From the NCBI GenBank assembly GCA_951406725.2, contig OX597822.1, forward strand, positions 37,262,001 to 37,326,000: DNA of 64,000 bases, in the 5' to 3' direction. The notes below the pieces were generated by a model that was not told where the DNA came from, did no database searches, and saw nothing but the letters and a program-made list of their open reading frames with translations. The stretch comes from Octopus vulgaris (lineage: Eukaryota). Below are positions 12,522-24,500 of the stretch, piece by piece. A program made the position numbers and the translations under genes. Each line of letters opens with the position of its first letter. The stretch's first letter is position 1.

Positions 12522-15500
12522 CTGGAAAGTAAAAATAAAGAAATATGAAAAACAAAAACAAAAAACATTATGTACTGTTATCATATTTAACCCATTAACT
12601 GCCAAATTTTTTTTATTCATATTTTTTGGCTTTGCTAGGTGTCTTAGGAGTTAAAATATATATAGTATTTAAATTTTCATCATATGTGAATTATTTTGGA
12701 AATTATGATAAATTTTTCAAAAAATCCCACATGGGGATTGCTGAAAAAAAGCATATTTATCCTTTTCTATAATAATAAACATTTTAGTTTTTTTGAAACG
12801 ATAGTATCAAATGTGAATGTGTATGAAATACCAATGAATGATTTAGATGGGAAATGCAAACGAAAAAAAAAGTTTTCAGAACAGTCAATATTTTTGTAGA
12901 TCAAAAAATTGCAATTTATGACATAGAATGTCGTCTAGAAATAACGAGAACTAATAATGACAAACTTTAACTACTAAATATTGTTAAACACACCTCTGCA
13001 AATGCAATGTACATAAGCAATTCACTTTAAATACAACAAACAACCAGCAGTGAGACTGTTTTTAGTAGATCCCAAAATAGGGCTAATGGCAGGCAATGGG
13101 TTAATAAATAAAATATATTCAAATACTGATTACATATTGTATTTCTGGCATATACAGGGCTTGGACAAAATAATGGAAACACCTAGCATCATAACATCAT
13201 AATTTTGAAATATCTATAAAACCATCAAAAGCTTGTTCATTTTTATGTTTTTTGATTTATTATTAGTGTTGCTTAATATGTTTTGCTAAAATTGCTGTTT
13301 CTTTTCAGATATTATCAGAAAAAGGTAATTAAAATTCATTAAAATGACAGATCTATCAGACTTTCAAAGAGGTCAAATTGTTGGTGCTCATATGACCACC
13401 TTGAGAACCCAGTTTCCACAAAAACTGTCCGCTGGGAGCTGCATAAAGCTAGATTTCACAGGAGGGCTGCAATCAGAAAACCACTACTTCCACAAACAAA
13501 CGTTGCAAAGTGTTTAGAGTGGTCTAGAGCAGTGGAAGAATATTATTTTCTCAGACGAGTCATCCTTTACTTTATTTCCGACCACCGGCCGAGTATACAC
13601 GGGAAGACAGCCGAAAGAAGTATTTGACCCAGACTACCTTCTTCCAACTGTTAAAGATGGAGGAGGATCTGTGATGATCTGGAGGCTATATCTTGGAAAT
13701 CCACTAGCTCAATGGTTTCCCATCAATTTTTTTTTATTTATTAATATTTATTTATCAATCCAATTTACATCAAATATTTTTTTTCATCGATTACAATAAA
13801 GATTACAAAAATTTTGTTTCAGAAATTGCATAAAAAATTGGATTAAGCCCTTTTTTTGGCAGCTTGGCTGATTTGGCCAGGTTGATAATCATAAAAACAA
13901 AAACATAAACATCCTTTGCATACAAGCAAGGTGATCAAAAACGTATATAAAAACTAAATTTCTTTGATGGAGGGAACGAGCTAATGTACAGCACATACAT
14001 TTGATCACCATAAACAGATTATTTGCACAGATAGTTCATCAAGAAACTGCAGAACTGTCTTTCTCAGACTACAAGAGACCACCATCATCATCATCAGTAC
14101 AACATTAGCCTCTTCTCCTTGGAACTGGCTACACTCATGCCACCTCTGCTTAGATATTCCTGTCCTACTTTCCTCTCCTCCTCCTATCGTATTTGTTGCA
14201 TGTCCACATCTGCTCCTATGCTAATCATTATACTCAGTCCTCCCACCACACAGAATGTGTGGAATTTTCTGGAATTTTCGCCCAGTTCTCCTCTTCCTTG
14301 CGGGTGTTGACTGACAAAGGTTCAACAGGAATATTAATAGCAACAATCGCACTGGCTTAAAAAGGCTCAGCAAATGAAATGGACATTACCTCTTCTTCCA
14401 GACCCAGCAAGAAAACAGAAAAATATTTAGGTAAAGTAACTAGAAGCACAAAATAGCCAAACACTGACCACATATATATAAATGTAATGGTACAACACAC
14501 AGTGAAATACAAACCACATATGTAGATATTACTAATACTAATACAATATGCCTAACCATTGGGTAGTGGCAGAGTGGTTAGGCGTGTTGCTCTCGCAATC
14601 ACAAGATCGTGGTTTCAATTCTAGAGCAAAACACTTAATTTCATGTTGGTCCATTCCACTTAGCTATAAATGGGTACACCCTGTGACAGAATAGTCTTTT
14701 GACCAGGTGGAATGTTGGCCCTTGATTACCTAACCAGCAGGGTGGCATCATTTGAAAGCTAAAACAATGCAAAATGCACTGTGACCAGCATGTATAACAA
14801 CATCCAATAGTCTGGCCGCTAACAAGAATATAATACTAAAAGCTAGCTGTACAACTTACAAATAAATACTGACTACATAATCTCAATCTTTTATCCGTTT
14901 ACTAATTTATCATAGGATTGCGGCCATACTGGGGCACCGCCTTCAAAAAGTAAACTTAATTATATCAACACCTGTAACAAGTACTTTTTGTTTTCAATCA
15001 TTATTTAGTTCATGTGATTAATCATTCCTTCAGATAATGTAACAGCTTGACAGAGTGATGCGAGGGTTGTTTATTTACTTGTTTATTGTTTATGGCTTGG
15101 TTTAATTACAAAAACTGTTCATCGACCAGCACTCCCAACCCTACCACCAACACCACCAACCAAGAAAAATGTCACAGGTGTCAAAATGACTTCCCAGCCC
15201 AAAAGCTAACATTTTACTTCCCATCCCCAATGTCATGATGCATCTATAGCTAAGACATTTAACACTTACTGGCTCACTACATCAACTATAGGTAGGTACA
15301 ATCCGTAACAAAAAGTAGTTGGTGCACTGTACCATTAGCAAGTGTTGGCTCCAGTACTGGTGGCACATAAAAAACATCCACTACACTCTTGGAGTGGTTG
15401 GTGTTAGAAAGGTCATCCACCTGTAGAAACCTTGCCAGATCAGATTGGAGCCTGGTGCAGCCTCCTGGCTTGCCAGTCCTCAGTCAAACCGTCCAGCCCA

Positions 15501-18487
15501 TGCCAGCATTAAACGATGATGATTAGTTGACATGTTGCCAAACTGAAGGCCTCCTGGGTGTAGGTCACGACAAAGATGTTCCTACTATGACCTTGTATAT
15601 CCAATTTTATCAGCATTAATGTTGATTCGGTACTATTGTTGTATTATATGTGTCGTTGTATTACTAATGTATTATTACAATATTATACTAGTATTATTAT
15701 TATATGGAAAAGCAGCCACATTTTCCTTGTCAAAATCTATATCTCATACCCATCATCAAGATATATAACATCTTAGATCTCATACACATAACAGTGAAAT
15801 ATACAGCATGTAACGCTATCATCATCACCATCAGTTATTGTCTACTTTTCTTCCATAGCTCAGAGTTTGCTGAGGCAGATGTTCTACGGTTGGATGCCCT
15901 TCCTATCACCAACACTTAGCTGTTTCAAAGTAAGGTAATACTTCCTTATATATGATCAGATATGCTTTCACAGAATACTGGAAACAAAGGACACTGTTTG
16001 CATGACAGTGATATTTGTTTACAACAATCATGAGACAAGGACACAGTACTACACACACACACACACACACACATTCTTTTATTCTTTTACTTCTTTCAGT
16101 CATTTGACTGCAGCCATGCTGGAGCACTGCCTTTAGTCAAACGAATCAACTCCAGGACTTATTCTTTGTAAGCTTAGTACTTATCCTACCTGTTTCTATC
16201 CCCTCTCCACACCACGAATTTTATCCAAGGAAAAGGCAAAGGCCAATACAGCTTGGCACCAGTGATGTCGCAACTCATTTCTACAGCTGAGTGAACATGA
16301 AATAAAGTGTCTTGCTCAAGAACACAACTCATAGCCCAGTCTGGCAATTGAGCTCACAACCTCATGATTGTGAGTCCAACACTCTAACCACTGAGCCATG
16401 CACCTTCACTGTGTGTATGTATGCGCACACACACACAATGGGCTTCTTTTAGTTTCCATCTACCATATCCACTCACAGGTTTTTGTTAGCTCAGGGCTAC
16501 AGTAGAAAACACTCACATAACCCAAACCCACATGGTTGGGAAGCAAACTGCTACCGCACATCCACATCACATCTGTGTTTAAAAGAAATCAACACATACA
16601 GTATCTGATATTTCACATACAACACACTGCAACTATTTTCAACATCAAGCTTCTTGTCACTATTTTAGTTTCTTGACCTTCATACTTTGGACACAGCAAA
16701 AGCTTGAGTGCAAATATAACCCTTCAAATCCATTGAAGCATGAATTACAGAAACATACATGTATATACACATACAAAATGCAAAGTCAGAATTTGGCACT
16801 TACAGAAGCTAATTGTTGAGCCTGTTTGAAGAAATTGGCCTCCTCAGTCTCGCCATATTGTACAAGACTGGGACTCACTTCATAAAGGCGTTTTCGAACA
16901 TCATTCATTTCGTCGTAAGGCAGGCCAACTCCACAAATCTGAAGAAGAGAGAAGAGCAGATCACATCAAAAAAATAATGAAACAACAAAATATTCAAAAA
17001 ATTTACATATATATATATATCATCATCATCGTATAACGTCCGCTTTTCATGTTGTCATGGGTTGGATGGTTTGACTGAGGTTTGGCAAGCCAATAGGCTG
17101 CACCAGGCTCCAATATGATCTGGCAAAGTTTCTACAGTTGGATGCCCTTCCTAATGCCAACCACTCCAAGAGTGTAGTGGGTGCTTTTTACATGTTACTG
17201 GCATGGGAGCCAGTCAGGGGGCACTGGCATCAACCACATTCGCACGGTGCTTTTTATGTGCCACCAGCATGGGAGCCAGTCAAAGGCACTGGCATCGACC
17301 ATGTTCGCATGGTGCTTTTTACATGCTACCAGCATGGGAGCCATTCTGAGGGCACTGGCAGGGAATTGTTGCAATATTATTTAGTACTATTTCTGTGTAT
17401 TTCATATTCTCAACATCATTTGCATAAAGTTTGTTGAGGATCAATTAAGGATTCACTTCATTACTACATGGAGTTTCATATATGTATGGTACATGTGTGA
17501 GGAGTAAAGAAATATGTGAATCGCTGAAACTGTGTTTGGAACACATCATCTTGGCTGATTTTCATTAGTCATTCAGGGTCACATGGTAAAATGTGGTAGG
17601 TTAGAAATATTGCTAAAATGCTGTGAACTGATGTTAGTTTGTTTACATCCCTGTAACTCAGCAGTTTGGTGTAAGAGACTGATAGAATAAGTACCAGGGT
17701 CAATCCGTTTGACTAAAAAACCCTTCAGACTGGTGCCCCAACATTGCCACAGTCCAAAGGCTGAAATAAGTACAAGATAGAAAGATAATTGAGCCACAAT
17801 AGACTTGGAAAAGGGTGGGTGTATACTTTAAGGAGTTCTAATACTTTTTAGTATTATTTCAGTATGTTTCACAACTGTGCTTCATATGAGAACAATTAAA
17901 AAAGAAATGCAGGGATACTATGAATCAAACTTATCCCTAAATATTGATTTGTACAAATTCTGTAATATATAAGTTAATGCCATCACCTGACTCTATGATA
18001 TCTTTTAACAGAGTACATATTGTTGTATGTATTCAAGCCATGTCTTTATTTTGAAGATAACTTCCTCCCTTCCTAACAGCAGTATAGGAGGCCATGTAAA
18101 GGCTCATTTTAAATCTTGTAAGAAACAAAAAAAAAACAAGAAAAAAAAAACCCACATAAATTTATAGTGTAATCAAATCAAGACTTTAATCAAACCTGTG
18201 CGAGGGCTCTGATAATTTTCCAGTCAGTCCTGGCCATTCCTGGAGGAGTAACAGCGAGTCTTGTATGTTGTGCTCTTCCTTCTGTGTTTACATAAGTGGC
18301 TTCCTTTTCGGTGTAAGCAGTACCAGGTAAAATTATATCAGCCATTTGAGCCCCAGCATCTCCATGATGACCTGAAAAAGGGAAAAATACAACCAAAACA
18401 ATAAAAAATAAACAACTGATGACATGTAGATATTTCTAGGAACAATCTCAGCCTATAATGTTTATATATATATATATATATATATGT

Positions 18488-18522
<35 letters not shown>

Positions 18523-21500
18523 TTCAGGCTGAGATTCAATCATTCACAAAATAACATGCCTCATAAAGTGAAAAGGTGACAGAAAAGTTAGAGAGAGTGA
18601 GAAAAAATTGAAAGAATTCAACCACTCCTTCCCCATTCAAGTATCATAAAGGTCAGAAGGAGGGAAAACAGGATATGAATGGTGGAGTCAAAAGGCATCC
18701 AAAATCTATAGACTGGGTGACATGGTACAGTATATACAAGAGATGATGGGTGATGGGAGGGTATAAGTTAGGTATAGAGGGAGAGGAGGAATTTAGTAGG
18801 CACATGTTGAAAGCTTTCCTCTCACTTACAGGTGGTTCAGCATGGTGAGTAGAAGAAATGATGAACAGACAGAATAGATACAGTGGAGATGATAATGGTG
18901 GTGGTGGTGTTGATGTGTGTGTGATGGACCCTTTCCATAAAATTCTGACAACCATGAGATCACTGGTACATCAACCACATTCACAGGTCACAGCTACACA
19001 CAACCAATCGCAATGCAGTTGACATTAACTAACCTTGGTAAATCACAACACAATCACTGGGGAGGTCTGCCCTTGTGATGCTTCCCTCATCAGCTCCAAG
19101 CATAAACAAAACCTTGGGTTTCTTTTCTCGAATGTATGACACTCCGGCTTTGTAGCCTATGTCCAATGCAGCTACCTGGCTGGCAACCTATAATAATAAT
19201 AACATATAATTACTAGGAAGCATTGTGTAGAATATATTGTATAAAGGATTGTGGGTAAGGCCAGAACAATGCGAAGTAAATGCAAGGCAAATCACAAGAA
19301 CAATGTGATCTGCCTTGCATTTACTTCGCATTGTTCTGGCCTTACTCATAATCCTTTATACAATAATAATAATAATAATAATAATCCTTTCTACTAAAGG
19401 CACAAGGCCTGAAATTTTGGTCAATTTCATTGACCCCAGTGTTTCATAGGTACTTATTTTATCGACCCCGAAAGGATGAAAAGCAAAGTTGACCTCAGAG
19501 CGCAGCAATGAGCGAAATACTGCTAAGCATTTTGCTTGGCATACTAACGATTCTGCCAACTCATTGCCTTAATAATAACAAATCTTGGCCAAAAATTTCA
19601 AGGGAGTGGGTGTCAATTACATTGACCAGTGTTCCATATTTTATCAATCAGAAAAGAATGAAAAGCCAAGTCAGCTTCAGCAGAATTTGAACTAAGAACA
19701 CAAAGACGGATTAAATGCTGCTAGGCATTTTGCCTTGTGTGCTAACGATTCTGTCAGCTCACTACCTTAATAATAACAATAATCCTTTCTTGTATAGGCA
19801 CATGGCCAGAAATTAGAGAGTACGAGGGTCAATGGATTTATTTTACCAACTCTGAAAGGATGAAAATCAAAGATGACCTCAGCAAAATTTGAACTTAGAA
19901 TTTAAAGACAGACAAAATAACACTAAGTATTTTGTCTGGTGTGGGGGTAAGTCGATTACATCAACCCTAGTACTCAACCGGTACTTAATTTATTGACCCT
20001 GAAAGGGCGAAAGGTAAAGCTGACCTCAGCGGAATTTGAACTCAGAATGCAGTGACAAGCGAAATACTGCTAGGAATTTTGCTTGTCATGCTAATGACTC
20101 TACCAGCTCACCGCCTTTTTAATAATAATATTAATAATAATTTCAAATTTTGGTACAAGGCCAGCATTTTTATGGTGGGAGTGAGCTGGTTACATTGGCT
20201 CTAGTGTTCAACCCTAAAAGAACGAAAGGCAAAATTGGTCACAGTGGGATTTGAACTTAGAATCAAAAAGTCAGAAGGAATGCCATTTAGCAATTCTATC
20301 TGATGTGGCAATGATTCTGCCAGCTTACTACCTTTTAATAATAATAATAATCCTTTATATTATAGGCACAAGGCCTGAAATTTTGTGGTGGGGTAGTCGA
20401 TTAATTCAATCCCAGTGCTCCACTGGTTCTTATTTCCTCAACCCCAATAAGGATGAAAGGCAAAGTCAACCTCAGCAGTGTTTGAACTCAAAATGTAAAA
20501 ATGGACAAAAAGGTGCTAAAGACTTCATCAAGTGTGCTACCAGTTCTGCCAGCTTGCCACTTTAATAACAACAACAACAGCAGCAGCAATAGCAGCAACA
20601 ACAACAGGCTTAAAGAACATATCTGAAAAGAGAACAGTATAATCAATTACAGTTGCTATCCCCAAGTAAATGACTGGTACTTACCCGATGTAAGATATTA
20701 AGCACTCTCCAGTCATCTCCACTGCCACACTGGACCCTAGCATTCTGGGCAATGGTAGTCACCAAAGCATGGATGGCTGCACTGTCAGACCTTTGTAACA
20801 ATGCACTTCCAACAACAATGACTGGTTTTTTCGCAGAGTTCAATGTCTGTCACAAAAAAGAACAACAACAATTTCTAATACAGACACTTGATCATAAATT
20901 TATAGGAGAAGAATAACTGATTCAACTGACCCCTACTCTATTTTTTGAAGTTATTTTACTGGCTCTAGCAGGATTTGAACTCAGAATGTAAAACAAATAA
21001 AACCACATAGCCACAATACAATTAGTCTAACATTCCACAATTTCTGCCACACCACAGTTTTCAGCAATAACAACAATGACACAGGGCTAAGAATTTGGTT
21101 GGAGAGAAAACCTGGATTATATTGACTCCGGTACTTGACTGGTCCTTTATTTTATCGATCCCAGAAAGACAAAAAGCAAAGTTGACCCTGGCAGGATTTG
21201 AACTCAGAAAGTAGAGCCAAAAGAAATGGAGCAAAGCCTTTTTCTGGTGCTCTAACGATTCTGCCAACTTGTTGCCGTTTTATGATGATTTTCATCAATG
21301 GCATAAAACCAGAAATTATGGAGTGAGGCACCATCAATAACAATGTTATCAATATGTTACTGGTGCATATTTCACCAACATTGGTGGAATTCAAACTCAG
21401 AATATAGAATATCATTATCATGTAAAATCAGTTTTCCATGCTGGCAGGGTTGGACAATTTGATAGGAACTGGCATGGCTGGAGAGCTGCACCAGTTTCCA

Positions 21501-24500
21501 ATTGTTTGTTTTGTTATGGTTCTACAACTGGATGCCCTTCCTAATGCAATCACTTTACAGAGTGTACTGGGTGCTTTTTATGTAGCACCAGCATAGATTC
21601 TTTACATGTGACGCCAGCACGGGTGTCTTTTAAGTGACATCAGCATGGACGTTTCTTATGTGGCATCAGCAGGAGTGCCTTTTATGCAATACCAGCATGG
21701 ATACCTTATATGTAGCACACAGGTGGTTTATACGTGGCACCAGCACAGATGTTCTATATGTGGTGCCAGCACAGGTGTTCTATATGTGGTGCCAGCACAG
21801 GTGTTCTATATGTGGTGCCAGCACAGGTGTTCTATATGTGGTGCCAGCACAGGTGCTCTATACGTGGTGCCAACACAGGTGTTCTATATGTGGAGCCAAC
21901 ACAAGTGTTCTATATGTGGTGCCAGCACAGGTGTTCTATATGTGGTGTCCGCACAGGTGCTCTATACGTGGTGCCAACACAGGTGTTCTATATGTGGAGC
22001 CAACACAAGTGTTCTATATGTGGCACCAGCACAGGTGTTCCATAAGTGACACCAACACAGATGCTTCGTACATGGCGCCAGCATGGGTGCTTTTTACATG
22101 GTAACACTAGATCTTCACCATCATCAATACCTGGACATTACAGTCTCAAATCCTAGGACTCCTAGAGCCAGTTACCCAGTTTCTGTGGTGTATAAGTGAC
22201 TGGGATCACAACATTCCATTTGAACAGAATGTCACTCCATCACTGGATTACTTATTTACAGGCGAGTGGAGTGGAGCAATGTGAAATTAAGTGTTTTGCT
22301 CAAGAACGCAACACATTGCACATGGTATGTGTTAAGCTGCAGCATTAAGAGAGGAAACAAACACAAGTATATTACGCAGCTCCCTAATCTTATGGATGAG
22401 TAATTAGTGATAACGGAAAGAAATATTAAACCTGCAGCTTGTGCAAATACAAACATTTGGAGAACTATCAAACCCACACCACCTGAAATAAAGTTGTCTG
22501 GAGATTACAGCTTTATATTGCCAATGACGTACACAAAAATATAGTTACCTTACAGAAGGGATGGCTGCCGTTAGCAAGTTGTTTTAAAACATCTGTTGAA
22601 TCACCAAGATGCTAAAAATATTGAAAGAAAAATGTTTTGTAGAAGAATTTTATTTAAAAAAACAAAGAAATGATAATAATACAATCTATTTTACTACAGG
22701 CATAAGGCCTGAAATTTGTGGGGTGGAGCAGAGGAATGGGTAAGTCAATTACATTGACCCTAAAAGAATAAAAGGTGAGGTTAACCTAATAATAATCATA
22801 ATTCTTTCTACTTGGGCACAAGGCCAGCAATTTTAGTGGGAATGGTAGTTAGTTGTTAAAATAAAGCATCAGTAGTTGAGTGATACTTTATTTTATCAAA
22901 CCTGGAAGGGTGAAAAGCAAAGTTGACTTCAGTGGACCTTGAACTCAGAACACTAAGAACTGGAACAACCAATGTTCTAATAATTTTGCCATCTTACTGC
23001 CTTTAATAATTATCTCTAATTATAGACACACAACCAGAAATAAGATGAGGATTGATTATATTGATTAATGGTCTAATGATTCTGCATGTCCCTGACCTTT
23101 TATTATTAAAAGTAATAATGGTTTCCGATATAGGATTTCATGTGGAAAGGGTTAGTTGACACCATCAACTGCAGTACTTGGATGATAATTTATTTTATCA
23201 ACCCCGGAGGGATAAAAAGGGAAAGTTGACTTTCATGGGATTTGAACTTGGGATGAAAAGAGCCAAAACACATACTGCAAGGCATCTTTTCTGACGGTTT
23301 GATAATTCTGCAATTTATTGCTCACCCCACCCCACCCCACTTTATTCTTATTAAGGCAGTGAGCTAGCAGGATCGTTAACACGCTGGGTAAAATGGTTAG
23401 TGGCATTTCATCTGTCTTCACATTCTGAGTTCAAATTCTGCTGAGGTCGACTATGCCTTTCATCCTTTCGGGGTCGATAAGATAAATACCAGTTACACAC
23501 TTGGGTCAATGTAATCAACTAGTCCTCTCCCACAAAATTTCAGGCCTTGAGCCTTTGGCAGAAAGGATTATTATTAGTAATAATAATGGTTTCCGATTTA
23601 GGCACAAAGCCAGCAAATTTGAGGAAAGAATATGTCAATATGATTGACACCAGTTCTTGACTGGTATCAATTCTACAGAGAGGAAAGGTAAAGCTAACCA
23701 TAGTGAAATTTGAACCATAATGTAAAGAAAGACTCCAAAGCCCTTTGCTCAACACTTTAATGATTCAGCTCATCCACCATCCTTAGCTTATAAAAAAAAC
23801 GTACCAGGCAATTTAGTGGAAGGATGTTAGATGACAAAATAATATATCAGTGCATGAATGGTACTTTATTTTATTGACCCTGGAGGAAGAAAGGGCTGAG
23901 ATGACCTCAACAAGATTTGAACTCAGAATGTAAAGAGTCAAAACAAATACAGCAAGGCAACATTTTGGGGGATGCTTTCATGGTTCTGCCTACTCATTGC
24001 CTTTAAAAATTATTTCTAACATAGGCAATGATGATCAATGATCAAAGGTGAATGCAATTAATTATATTAATAAGGAAATGACAATGATGTGATGTTGATG
24101 ATGGTCATGATCAAGATGTCTGTGATGGTAATCTACTATAATAATACTCTATGTATATCTCCATCACAACATATGAAGGAGAAAGAAAGGGGTAGATGAA
24201 TAAGGAAGAGAGGAGTGATGGCAAACTTTGTAGTGGGATGATGGAAGTTCTATGGTGAAAAAAAATCAAACAATGTTTCAACTATGCATGAATATGTGTA
24301 TGTATGTAAAAGGGAGTCATGTGTGTGTGTGTGCAATAGAAGTGGGACGGTGAACATTCAACACTGAAAAGAAAAATCAAACAGCGTTTCAAGTCTGTGT
24401 GAGTATATGTGTGAATGTGTGTGCATGTACAAGGAAAGTATGTGAATGTTTGTATATGAGATTATTATGTACCTTATATATGAAATACTACAATTAGCCA

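Noticed and set aside
14040-14400. GC-richer stretch in the last NDUFS1 intron, possible extra exon
   Set aside because: The flanking exons already join in frame to a full-length protein; no long open frame recognised; probably an old TE remnant
21634-22104. Three overlapping Cys-rich repeat ORFs; CRISPR-like periodicity
   Set aside because: A 26-bp tandem repeat lacking stops, with no unique spacers and no cas genes, in a eukaryotic intron
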